In this document: positions 7,360 to 16,229 of the stretch, in pieces | Layout: the number at the start of each line of letters is the position of its first letter | Position numbering within the stretch: the stretch's first letter is position 1 | Source: a virus | Taxonomy: Duplodnaviria > Caudoviricetes | Reading direction: 5' to 3' (one strand) | Virus record (IMG/VR): IMGVR_UViG_3300037797_000045 | Coordinates: 1-40,769 of that record | Length of the DNA stretch: 40,769 nt | Made by a program: the position numbers and the translations under genes | The notes under the pieces: generated by a model | What the model was told of the DNA's origin: nothing | The model's database searches: none | Seen by the model: only the letters and a program-made list of their open reading frames with translations

Positions 7360-8952
7360 CTAGATGAAGCTGGAGGCGAGGTTGCCGAGGCCGAGCATCT
7401 GATTGAACAGGCTCGGACTCTGCGTCGTCGTAGTCTGCCCCGTCTGGTTCATGTTCCCGGTGGACTGCCCCTGCATCTGCCGGCCTACGAGAATGTCGTA
7501 GGGCGTCATGCCGGAATAGCGCCCCATCGCCTCAAGCTGCGCCGGCCCCGCCATAGCGAACTGCTGCTCGATCCCCCGCTGCTGATCGCCGAGCTGCGCC
7601 ATGGTGCCGAGATCGGCGCGGGTGTTGCCGCTGTACTGGTTGGCCAAGTCGCCCATCAGCCCGGCCCCCTGAAGCCCGCGCATCGCCGCCTGCTCGGCCT
7701 GGCCGGCGTTGAAGCGGCCCATCTGGTTCTGCGCGTCGGCGCCGAACTGGCCGGCGGTATTGCGCGCGTCCATATTGGCCAGCCCGAATGTGTTCTGGGC
7801 TCCGGCGTTGAACTGCCCCGCCTGTCCCTGAAGATCGGCCTGTGCGAGGTTGCGCTGAAGGTCGCCCTGATAGCCCTGCGCGGTCATGGCGTTCCGAGCT
7901 CCAGCAAATTGTGAGGCCCGGTCCGTGTCGGCGCCGAATTGGGCGAGGCCCATGGTGTTGCGGCTTTGCTGGTTGGCCAGCCCCTGCTGAAGGCCGAGGT
8001 TGGCGTTGAACTGCCCCGCGCTTTCGTCCAGCCCCGCTTGCGCCAGCCCGAAGCGGTTTGCCGCGTCCGCGCCGAACTGTGAAGCCATATCACTCCGTCC
8101 GGCCTGATCGAGGTCGTACTGCCCCTGAAGCCCGGCGTTGAACATGCCGGCGGTATTGAACGCCCCCGCGTCGGTTGCGCCGAGCTGGGAGGCTTCGCGG
8201 AAACCCTGCTGCCTCAAACCGGATTCGAGCGAGGCGCGGTTCAAGGTATTGTCGGCGGCGAGCTGGCCTTCCGCGATGCCGAACCTCGAGCCCCCGAAGG
8301 CTCCAGAAGCCGCGCCCTGAGCCGCCAGCCGCGCCTGCTGCTGCCCCGCGCTGTTGTCGAACTGATTGAGCGAGGCGTCGATCACCTGCTGATCCCAGGG
8401 ATTCTGGTATCGCCCCATATTATCGGCGACGGTGGAAGTTTGCGCGCCGATCGGCTGTCCGGTCCTCGCCTCGGCATAGCCCTGCGCGTTGGCGAGGTCT
8501 GGGGCCTGATAGCCCTGCCCGGAGACGAGCGCGGCCGGGCCGACAGTGGTCCGCTGTGCCTGCACCGCCTGCGGAGCGTTGGTGCGGGCGATCCGGGGCG
8601 CGCTGTAGGTCGATGCCTGGCCTTGGGCGGGTTTGTACGTCGCGGCGGGGCCAGCGGTATTTGCGGGCGCATTCCCGGCCTGTTGCGCCATCTCCGAAGC
8701 GGTGCGGGCCTGCCCTTGCCAGCCGGAAAGAGCGGGGATCGCGTTCTGCCACGCCGCTTGCTGCAAAGGGGCGGGGCCGGCGACGAACTGATTCGGGTCC
8801 ATGTTGCCGAAGGCCCCGATCCGCCCGACATATTCCTCGGCCGCGTTCGTCAACCACGGCGGCGTGACGGGCATGTTTGTGCCGGAAGTCGTCTCGTTGC
8901 TGGTGCGGTCAACGGTTTCGTCAACCTTTGTTTTCGAACCGGAAATGCCCAT
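7360..8952 (-). CDS. Ejection / DNA pilot protein with 11-residue repeats
   Basis: N-terminal MG.SGSKT..T, YQNPW.QQVID, GAFGGSR.GIAEG, Q/N/A/G-rich hendecads, C-terminal TTTTQSPSLF. Confidence 0.7.
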   Translation of the reverse strand: MGISGSKTKVDETVDRTSNETTSGTNMPVTPPWLTNAAEEYVGRIGAFGNMDPNQFVAGPAPLQQAAWQNAIPALSGWQGQARTASEMAQQAGNAPANTAGPAATYKPAQGQASTYSAPRIARTNAPQAVQAQRTTVGPAALVSGQGYQAPDLANAQGYAEARTGQPIGAQTSTVADNMGRYQNPWDQQVIDASLNQFDNSAGQQQARLAAQGAASGAFGGSRFGIAEGQLAADNTLNRASLESGLRQQGFREASQLGATDAGAFNTAGMFNAGLQGQYDLDQAGRSDMASQFGADAANRFGLAQAGLDESAGQFNANLGLQQGLANQQSRNTMGLAQFGADTDRASQFAGARNAMTAQGYQGDLQRNLAQADLQGQAGQFNAGAQNTFGLANMDARNTAGQFGADAQNQMGRFNAGQAEQAAMRGLQGAGLMGDLANQYSGNTRADLGTMAQLGDQQRGIEQQFAMAGPAQLEAMGRYSGMTPYDILVGRQMQGQSTGNMNQTGQTTTTQSPSLFNQMLGLGNLASSFI

Positions 8953-9309
8953 CTACAATTCCTTGGCGAGAGAAACCTGAAACGGCGCATAGCCGTGCGG
9001 CCTAAGCGCCCGCTTCCACCCTTCGCGGCTTTCCACGATGACGAGCGAGCATCCGATGCTTTGCGCCCATGCCTCGGCGCGGGGGCGTAGAATATCGACA
9101 ACCTCTTCCTTGCTGCCGGCCGCGACGACGACGCAGATTGCTGTCACTCCGCTCGGATAGGTCCTAAGCTCGGTTACAAGAGCGGCGTTGTCCGCGAACC
9201 ATATTTGCGCCTTGCCGGTGAACAGCAGGCTATCCAGATATTCGATGCTGTAGAGGCGTGGGTCCAGTGCCTGCGCGAAACGTTCACGGAAGCGGGCGTA
9301 GTCGTTCAC
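8953..9309 (-). CDS. GNAT-fold protein of the podoviral tail/ejection block
   Basis: 118 aa, VTE...YP, EAWA..IGC..V....R.GW.RAL pattern. Lies between the tail stabiliser and ejection genes. Confidence 0.6.
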   Translation of the reverse strand: MNDYARFRERFAQALDPRLYSIEYLDSLLFTGKAQIWFADNAALVTELRTYPSGVTAICVVVAAGSKEEVVDILRPRAEAWAQSIGCSLVIVESREGWKRALRPHGYAPFQVSLAKEL

Positions 9310-10823
9310 CGCTCGCCCATTGGCACAACGTCGAACAGGAGTTTGCCGAGGCGGGCATAGGTGCTGTCCGCCCCGGAAATCTTCACCGTGAACATCTTGC
9401 CGCTCGCCCTGAAATCCTTCTTAGTCGTCGCGGTCGTAAGCGTGAACGGCCCCTTGGTTGTCGCCGAAGCCTGCGGCCTGTCGCGCACCGTAAGGGTCAG
9501 GGATATACTGCCCGACTGGTCCTCGAAATCGGGAATGACGCTTCTGACCATAAGCCGGCGATGCGCTTCGTCCAGATATATCCCGGCGCTTTCGATGTGC
9601 CACGCATACGGGTTGCTGCCGGTTCCGGCGATGCCCGTTTCCTCTACCGTGATTACATCGGCGGTGTTGACCGAGACGATTGGCGAATCATAGATAGGGG
9701 TCGCCAGAAGCGGATGTTCGAGCGCGGCGGTGCGGCCATAATCAGTGACGCCATTGGGATCGTTGGCTCGATGCCAAAGGCCGGTGTCGATGTCGAGCGC
9801 GATGAACGAGTCGTTCTCACCCAGCGAGTGCGGATAATACCAGCGCACCTCGTTGAACTTGGAAATGGTGACGGCGCACATCCTGGCGGGCGAGCCGGAT
9901 GTCGCGACAGGCTGGCCCAAGTCGATGCCGTCGATGAAGTGTTTGCCGATGGCACATGGAATGATCTGCGGAGAAGTGCCAACCGCCCACGTTCGCGCGC
10001 GGCCATCAGTCCCGATCCAGAATGCGCGCTGGTTGAGAATGGCAACGGCCTTCGGGCCGATCAGCCCGCAGTTCGCGTCGATGCGCTCGAAGCGATAGGT
10101 CTGGCCGGGATCGCCGAGGAATTGGCCGAGATAGAGCGATCCCGTAGTCCATATCGCGACGGAAGAACCAATCTTTCGCCCCGCGACAATCACGCCATCG
10201 TCGTCCAGAATGTGCTCAAAGGCGTTGTTCGAAGCAGAAGTCGTCCAGTCGGTATAGTCCTCTATGTCACAGCCCCGGACGCAGCGGCCGTTGAACGTAC
10301 CGGAGCTTTCCTCGTTGCAGCCGAGCGCAAGCACCTGTCTTTGATCGGTGACGAGTATGCCGGTGATGTTGTCGGGGGCATTGGTGACGACAGTGGCGGT
10401 GCTCGTTCCTGACTGCTCGTAAAGGCTCTGCCCGTTCGGACAGGCAAGCAGGGTCGTCCCCCACGATCCGAAGGTCCAGTCGGTCGAAGTGGTGGCAAGG
10501 CTGACGGGCGTTTCGTCGCTCGGAGCGGTTGGGACCACTAGGTTGGCAACGGTGCCGACAAGCAGCTTGGGGGCAGAGCCTGAAGACGCGAAGCCGAACG
10601 CGACATAGGCCGTGCCGCCGCGGTCCAGCGCGTGAATGGCACGGCATTTGGACGAGCCGACCGTAGCTGTCACATCGGAAAGCCCAACCCACCCCCCTAT
10701 CGGCTGCGGCTTGCCATTGTGGAACCTGACGTTCAGCCCGTCCGCCCACTGACCTTTTGCGGAGAAGATCGTATCGTCGCTATTGAGCCCCGGCGGCGGG
10801 GAGAACGGAATCAGCATTGGCAT
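9306..10823 (-). CDS. Tail hub / DNA stabilisation protein (P22 gp10-like position)
   Basis: 505 aa beta-rich, W.D..NVRF..G.P..IGGW start, NCGLIGP, F.EV.WYYP, IPDF motifs, synteny. Confidence 0.7.
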   Translation of the reverse strand: MPMLIPFSPPPGLNSDDTIFSAKGQWADGLNVRFHNGKPQPIGGWVGLSDVTATVGSSKCRAIHALDRGGTAYVAFGFASSGSAPKLLVGTVANLVVPTAPSDETPVSLATTSTDWTFGSWGTTLLACPNGQSLYEQSGTSTATVVTNAPDNITGILVTDQRQVLALGCNEESSGTFNGRCVRGCDIEDYTDWTTSASNNAFEHILDDDGVIVAGRKIGSSVAIWTTGSLYLGQFLGDPGQTYRFERIDANCGLIGPKAVAILNQRAFWIGTDGRARTWAVGTSPQIIPCAIGKHFIDGIDLGQPVATSGSPARMCAVTISKFNEVRWYYPHSLGENDSFIALDIDTGLWHRANDPNGVTDYGRTAALEHPLLATPIYDSPIVSVNTADVITVEETGIAGTGSNPYAWHIESAGIYLDEAHRRLMVRSVIPDFEDQSGSISLTLTVRDRPQASATTKGPFTLTTATTKKDFRASGKMFTVKISGADSTYARLGKLLFDVVPMGER

Positions 10824-11394
10824 CCTCCCTGCCGAGAGTTAGAACGGTTTCGGCGATGTGGCCTACGATCAGGTCATGATCGACGTGAACGGGTATTCCG
10901 GCTTCACGAACTTGGTTACAGAAATGCACGTCCTCGCCGCAGACGAGAGCGCCCTCATCACTGATTTGACTGCGGAACCACGGTTGAGGCGTGGTGGTGA
11001 ATACTTCGGGCTTTATGAGGCAGAAACCGAGGCCGATTGCGGCGACAGATTCAACCCCCCTACCCCGTGCCGGGGCGTCCTGCCCCCGGTAGGCTGTCGG
11101 CGATCCGCCGCTGTGCCGCTCCGGGTAGTTCGCGCCGACCATCGGCAGATTGTGCCTCGCCAGCCTCAGAAGGGCGTCGGGCGGAAAGGTGTGGTCCCAA
11201 TCGACAAGCAAGTGAAAGTCGGCACCAGACTTGAGCGCCCGCAAGGCCAGGCGGGTGCGCTTGTATTCGAGCGGTCCGGCCTCTTCGTAGAAGAACGTGA
11301 ACTCAGCCCCGGTGTGCGCGACAAGCTCATTCAGCGCTTGGGCGCACTTGGCCCGGACGAAGCCTGTAGTCGGTATGCAGACAGCAATCTTCAT
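10780..11394 (-). CDS. GT-A fold (GT2-like) glycosyltransferase
   Basis: IAVCIP start, R..LA..AL, LLVDWD (DxD), VGANYP, GLGFCLI, GEDVHFC, VGH. Confidence 0.8.
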   Translation of the reverse strand: MKIAVCIPTTGFVRAKCAQALNELVAHTGAEFTFFYEEAGPLEYKRTRLALRALKSGADFHLLVDWDHTFPPDALLRLARHNLPMVGANYPERHSGGSPTAYRGQDAPARGRGVESVAAIGLGFCLIKPEVFTTTPQPWFRSQISDEGALVCGEDVHFCNQVREAGIPVHVDHDLIVGHIAETVLTLGREDANADSVLPAAGAQ

Positions 11395-11427
11395 CCCCCC
11401 ACCCTAGCCGATCAGGGGGCGCCCATG

Positions 11428-12492
11428 CTAGACCGAGTAGAAGCCGGAAATCAGCAGGATCGAATTGTTATTGAAGTCGGCGTGCGTCAGGGTCGCGAGC
11501 GCGCTGGACGTGTAATCGAACAGGCTGATCGTGGTGCCAGAAGTGGCAACCGTCCCGGCCGGAACCGCCACAGTCGCCATGTTGCTCGCCACGATGGTCG
11601 GAACATCGCCCGGCAAGGCCGCGCTGGTGAGCGGCAGGGCGCCAATGACGGCGCTCCCCGTCGAAGAGCCCTTGTTCGTCAGCACGAAGCGGATCGTGTA
11701 AAACACCACCCGCCCGATCCTCGTATATCGGCCGAGCTGGCCGTTGGCGGCGAAGGTCATTCCCGTGGCGGCGCCGCCGAACGTCAGGGTTGGGGTGAAG
11801 GTATCTTCCGTGTAGGTCTGCGTCGCGACCGCGCCGAGCCCAAGCGTCGTCCGCTGCGCCGAAGCGTCGGCATCGTCCACCAGCGCGTGTCCGGCGGCCG
11901 TGATATTCGCCGCCAGCGTCGTCAGGTCGCTGTCGAGCGGCTGATAGTCGCTGTCATGGTCGTGGCTCGCCAAGGCGAAGGCGGCGCTGGAATTGCCGTC
12001 CAGAAGGTCCGCGTCGAGCCCCGATCCAGCCCCGTCCACGGTCAGCAGCTTTGTCAGCACGTCGGCTGCGGTGTAGTCGGCCTCGTCAAGCTTGGCGTCC
12101 AGAGCCGTCTGGAGCCCCGTCACGTCCGATATGGAGTGGGAGTGGACGGAAGCCGCCTTCTCCGCGTCAAGCTCCTCCACGGCCGCTTGAACGTCCGTAG
12201 CGGCTATGTTGCCGGCGGGGGTGAAGGTGACATCGGCGGCGGCGTGGACGTGCGTCGAGAGCGAAGGCTGGACCCATGCCGTGCCGTTGGACCAAGTGGG
12301 CAGCGTCAATGTGCTGTCCCACGCCAGCGCCCCGGTATAATCCGCGGCAGGGGGCAGATCGGCCGTTGCCGAGCGGAACAGCTTGAACGGCGCCGGCATG
12401 ACGCGATGGAACAATTCGGGGATGGACGAGGCGAAGCGCGGGAGCCATGTCGGACCTGAGGCCGGGCTCTCCGGGGCGAAACGCTGGGACAT
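11428..12492 (-). CDS. Tail fibre / receptor-binding protein
   Basis: HxH repeats (HVHAAADV, HSHSISDVTGLQTALDAK, SHDHD), DGAGSGLDADLLDG motif, C-terminal TFTPTL..GRYTRIGR.V beta domain. Confidence 0.8.
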   Translation of the reverse strand: MSQRFAPESPASGPTWLPRFASSIPELFHRVMPAPFKLFRSATADLPPAADYTGALAWDSTLTLPTWSNGTAWVQPSLSTHVHAAADVTFTPAGNIAATDVQAAVEELDAEKAASVHSHSISDVTGLQTALDAKLDEADYTAADVLTKLLTVDGAGSGLDADLLDGNSSAAFALASHDHDSDYQPLDSDLTTLAANITAAGHALVDDADASAQRTTLGLGAVATQTYTEDTFTPTLTFGGAATGMTFAANGQLGRYTRIGRVVFYTIRFVLTNKGSSTGSAVIGALPLTSAALPGDVPTIVASNMATVAVPAGTVATSGTTISLFDYTSSALATLTHADFNNNSILLISGFYSV

Positions 12493-13124
12493 CAGCCGGT
12501 GACGATATCGAAGCCGGTCGGGACGGGCATATCGGCGGTAAGCGGGCTGGAACCACGGCGGCGTGTTTCGCGCCGGAGACGGGCCAATTCCCTGATTTCA
12601 TTCCCCGCCCACAGCGCGCCCCATTCAAGATCACGCAGCGGCCCTTGGTAAAGTATCTTCAGAGCCGTCGCATGAATGAGACGAACCGCGTCCGTGGTCC
12701 AGATGTTCGAATCCCCTCCGGCAGCCGGAACGCCGACATCCGCCAGCCCATAGACGGAGATGGCGTAAACCCCATCGGGAATGGGATAGAGCTGGATCGC
12801 GTCCTCGTTCTCCGCCCATTTCGCCGGGATGCCGGTCGTGGTCAGGTGCTCGATCGAGGCGAGCGGCACCCGTTCCAGCGCAGCCCCATTATAGGCCACG
12901 ACGCCGGGAACGCGCACCCCAGAGGGCAAGGCGATCGTCGCCACATCCGCCGTCGTATTCCCCGAACCGGACGCGCGGTTGAACCAGAATTGCTCGTCCG
13001 AATGAAACTCGATCGCATCCGCCACGGCATCGATCTTGGCCTGCTCCAGCGCCCCGCTAGAGCCCATATCGTCGCGGTCGGTATCGAGGATGATCCGCGT
13101 ATAGAGCTGGTCCTTGGTCGCCAT
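12492..13124 (-). CDS. Head-tail adaptor (tail tubular protein A / gp4-like)
   Basis: G.P..WA, IQLYPIPDGVY, SNIWT motifs and synteny. Confidence 0.7.
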   Translation of the reverse strand: MATKDQLYTRIILDTDRDDMGSSGALEQAKIDAVADAIEFHSDEQFWFNRASGSGNTTADVATIALPSGVRVPGVVAYNGAALERVPLASIEHLTTTGIPAKWAENEDAIQLYPIPDGVYAISVYGLADVGVPAAGGDSNIWTTDAVRLIHATALKILYQGPLRDLEWGALWAGNEIRELARLRRETRRRGSSPLTADMPVPTGFDIVTG

Positions 13125-13435
13125 CAGCCGGCCCTTGCCTTCAGGATGACTGCCTTGATCTCAGCCGCCTTGCGGGCGTCGCCAAGGTCGATATTCTCCT
13201 TCTTCGCGATGGCGCGCAGCTTCATGACGTTGCGCGGCAGCGAACCACCGGCCTCGCCGTCTCCGTCATGATCGAGGGCCGCCTTCGTCTTAACACTTGT
13301 CACCTTCGGCTTCGGCTTGGGGGCCCCCGCGAAGGGATGGTCCTTCCACCCCGAAGGCACTTCCTCGCCGGCCTCGAAAATGCGCTGCTCGCCCTTCGGC
13401 CCGAACCAGTGCGCGCGTCCCTGTGTGTTGATCAT
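13124..13435 (-). CDS. Small protein with C-terminal HeH/Rho-N-like motif
   Basis: 103 aa from the ATG overlapping the upstream stop. VMKLRAIAKKENIDLGDARKAAEIKAVI. Confidence 0.6.
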   Translation of the reverse strand: MINTQGRAHWFGPKGEQRIFEAGEEVPSGWKDHPFAGAPKPKPKVTSVKTKAALDHDGDGEAGGSLPRNVMKLRAIAKKENIDLGDARKAAEIKAVILKARAG

Positions 13436-14715
13436 GCTGCCTTCTCCATTGCTACAGGGGGAATCTTCTGAATGAGCGCACAGCGCCCCAACATGGTGAG
13501 GCTGCGTCCGTTCGCGTCTGCCCATTCCTGGACCTTGCGCGCATAACCGAGGTCGGACTTCACATCGTCCGCGACGATGAAGGTGCACCTGTCGCCGAAC
13601 GTCTCGAAAAACCGCATCCGCGTGTTGTAGAGCCGCGGAGGGCCGTCGCAGAAACCGAGCGAGAACCTGTTCGGAAGCTCGAACTTGCCCACGTCATACC
13701 AAAGCTCGTCAGTGATCGGCGCGAAGCAGATGTTGAGCCCCGAAACCCCAGCCTCCTTCGCCCAGCCGAACGTCTGCCCGGCGTAATGCTCCAGATGCTC
13801 TAGCGAATAGACCTGCTGCTCGGTCACCGCCGCCATCAGCACTGACGACATTCCCGAACCCGTCTCGAGGATCGGCCCGGTGCATTTGCGCGCCAACTTC
13901 GTTACCAGAGCGAGCGTGAACGGCGCGGCGGCGTAGAGGGTGCCGACGTACCGGAACACCTCTTCGTAATCGTTTTCGGTTTCCGTCCCATCCCGGAAGC
14001 GGGGGATAATATCCCTGAGCGTCGTTCCCGTCGCTCTCCTTATGCTGGCGGCGAGGCTATCTTGAACAATGACCTTGGCAACGTGGCCAAGCCTCAGTTC
14101 ATCGTCGGCGTAGAGCTTCCCGCCCATCGCCCGCCAGCGGTTGCAGAAGTCGAGATCGCCGCCCCAGCGCACATGATCCTCGCCGGGAGGAGGCCGGTCG
14201 AAAAACAGGACCGTCCGCTCGGTCTTGGCGAAGAACCAGGGCCTTGTCGGCGCCATCTGCTCGAAAACACCGCGTTTGATCTTCATGAAACCGGTCGGAA
14301 GACCGTCCACTTCCCGGAGCCCACCCACGGGCTTTGCCCCCCGCTTCAGCCGTACCGGCATCGTATCGGCATGTCCGTGGCGGCGGTAGGGATAAACACC
14401 CCCCACGATGTCCACGTCGCGGGAGCAAAGCTGAACCAAATCCTTGGGTTCGAACGATATGTCGGCGTCGAGGAAAACCAGCTCCGTGCAGTCGCTTTCG
14501 AGGAAGTCGCGAACGAGCGCATTTCTGGAATCGTCCACGTGGCAGTTCCCCGCCAGGATCAGCAGGGCCGTCTGAATGCCGGCCGCATGTAACGCCTCCC
14601 GGCTGCGCGCCAGAGCAAAGGCGAGCGCGGCCGAGGGGTCGTCATAGGTAGGGACCGCCAGCATGACCTTGCGGCCGGTTGCCGGCGGTCCCTCGTCGTA
14701 GAAATGGGCGCTCAT
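13432..14715 (-). CDS. GT-A glycosyltransferase fused to class I SAM-dependent methyltransferase
   Basis: N-half: VMLAVPTY, SRNALVRDFL, VFLDAD, GGVYP, PTGFMKIKR.VFE, GGDLDFC.RW, LGH. C-half: ILETGSGMSS, VYSLEH, FCDGP. Confidence 0.8.
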   Translation of the reverse strand: MSAHFYDEGPPATGRKVMLAVPTYDDPSAALAFALARSREALHAAGIQTALLILAGNCHVDDSRNALVRDFLESDCTELVFLDADISFEPKDLVQLCSRDVDIVGGVYPYRRHGHADTMPVRLKRGAKPVGGLREVDGLPTGFMKIKRGVFEQMAPTRPWFFAKTERTVLFFDRPPPGEDHVRWGGDLDFCNRWRAMGGKLYADDELRLGHVAKVIVQDSLAASIRRATGTTLRDIIPRFRDGTETENDYEEVFRYVGTLYAAAPFTLALVTKLARKCTGPILETGSGMSSVLMAAVTEQQVYSLEHLEHYAGQTFGWAKEAGVSGLNICFAPITDELWYDVGKFELPNRFSLGFCDGPPRLYNTRMRFFETFGDRCTFIVADDVKSDLGYARKVQEWADANGRSLTMLGRCALIQKIPPVAMEKAA

Positions 14716-14927
14716 GTGGCGGTTTCGATGAGGCCCAGATTTTCCAGAGCCGCCGTCAAGCGGGCGATCCTGGTTTCGTTCAGCGCGGTGGTCGCCGTGG
14801 TGGTGCCGACCACCGTGATGACCGGCCGCACGATCGGCGTGGCCAGCCCGTAGAAGCCCAGCTTCCCGCCGGAACGGCCGAAAATGGCGCCGTCGTCGCG
14901 CCCGTGGTCGATCTGTTCGCCTGCCAT
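14712..14927 (-). CDS. Small putative capsid-associated protein
   Basis: 71 aa right after the coat gene, KLGFYG.TP..RP, TTTATT tract, C-terminal L..LGLI. AAGGAG RBS. Confidence 0.6.
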   Translation of the reverse strand: MAGEQIDHGRDDGAIFGRSGGKLGFYGLATPIVRPVITVVGTTTATTALNETRIARLTAALENLGLIETAT

Positions 14928-14951
14928 GATACTATCTCCTTCGTGTCAGAA

Positions 14952-16172
14952 TTAGTTGAAGCCGAGACGGACAGCCAATTGCGGCCGGATCGTCTTATAG
15001 CCGTAGAGGACATCGAAACGCGCCGGGAAGCTGTCGTTGTTGATGTCGAAGTCGGCGACGAACCGCATCGAAATGCCGTCGAACACCTCGCGTGCCGCCA
15101 TGTGGACGCCCTTCGGCATCACCAGATCGGCGAACGCGATGGCGAATGCCTCCTTGTGATAGCCCAGCGAGATGCCGTAATCCGCCGCATTGCCGATCCC
15201 GGTCGAGCCGTCCGACTCGATCTTGTTCAGCTTGGCGTTATTGGCCGGCATCGCCGACACGTTCTGCTTCGCCCCGGACGAGTAGAGGGCCGGCGAGAAG
15301 TTGATCGTGGTGGCGCTGGTCCCGGCGTCGGCCGTGACGACGAACCGCATCGGAACGCCTGAACTGGCCTTCGTCTCCGGATGGACCCGGTTAACGCTGT
15401 CGAAGGTGAAGATGTCGCCCTTCTTCCAGGTGCCGGCGCCAGTATCCACCGTGATCGAGGTAACCCCCTCGGCGATGGTGCCGGCGTCGTTGACGAGATA
15501 GTCACCCGTCCCGTCGTCCGTGCCGGTGGTGTGGATCGGCCAGAGCGTGTTCTGGTAGACCTGCGAGAAGCCCATGAAGTCGTTCGCGACCATGCCTTCG
15601 CGATACTGCTTCGACACCTTGGCTGGGTCGTTGAACAGGGCCTTCAGGGCATCGACCAGATCGGCGTTGTCGGTCGTGTTCAGGTTCAGCGTCCGCCCGG
15701 AAACCGGGGCGAGGCTGTCCGTTAGCCGCTTGGCCGCCTGAAGCACGAAGGCGAGCGTGATGTCGGCGCCGACATCGACCACCTCCTGATACACGTCCTT
15801 GTACATGCTCATCGCGTCATATTCGATGTTCGCCGCGAGCACGGACATGGCCGGATCGAGGTAGCGCTTCGAATAATCGTCGATGGTCATGGTGAGGTCG
15901 GACGAGTCGAACTCCCAGTCCACGCCCTTTTGGGTCGCGACGGTCAGGTCCACCTTGGTTTCGGTGATGCTCTGGACCTGGATCGACTTGCCGGTGCGAA
16001 CGGTGAACTCGTTCGGCAGCCTGATCTGCAGGGTTTCGCCGATCTTCGCACCACTCTTGGCGAAACGGCTGTCGTACTGCCGCTCGATCGTGCCGATGAA
16101 GTTGAGCTTCTGGTGCAGGATGCGGAGCGACTCACGGGTGATGACCGTGGGAGTCAGGAGAGAGTGTGCCAT
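14952..16172 (-). CDS. Major capsid protein, P22 coat family
   Basis: LLTP..ITRE.LR.L, KIG.TL.IRLP, YHKEAFA.AFADL..P, R.DVLYG.KT.RP. Follows the scaffold gene. Confidence 0.93.
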   Translation of the reverse strand: MAHSLLTPTVITRESLRILHQKLNFIGTIERQYDSRFAKSGAKIGETLQIRLPNEFTVRTGKSIQVQSITETKVDLTVATQKGVDWEFDSSDLTMTIDDYSKRYLDPAMSVLAANIEYDAMSMYKDVYQEVVDVGADITLAFVLQAAKRLTDSLAPVSGRTLNLNTTDNADLVDALKALFNDPAKVSKQYREGMVANDFMGFSQVYQNTLWPIHTTGTDDGTGDYLVNDAGTIAEGVTSITVDTGAGTWKKGDIFTFDSVNRVHPETKASSGVPMRFVVTADAGTSATTINFSPALYSSGAKQNVSAMPANNAKLNKIESDGSTGIGNAADYGISLGYHKEAFAIAFADLVMPKGVHMAAREVFDGISMRFVADFDINNDSFPARFDVLYGYKTIRPQLAVRLGFN

Positions 16173-16200
16173 GATGAAATATCCATCTGAGGGAGGGCCG

Positions 16201-16218
16201 GCGTCTCACGACGCGGGT
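16201..16218 (-). promoter_or_regulatory. GNRA hairpin in the coat leader (copy 1 of an 18-nt repeat)
   Basis: ACCCGCGTCGTGAGACGC, folding as GCGTC-GTGA-GACGC. Identical to 17124-17141. Confidence 0.7.
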
Positions 16219-16229
16219 CCGGTTGAAGC

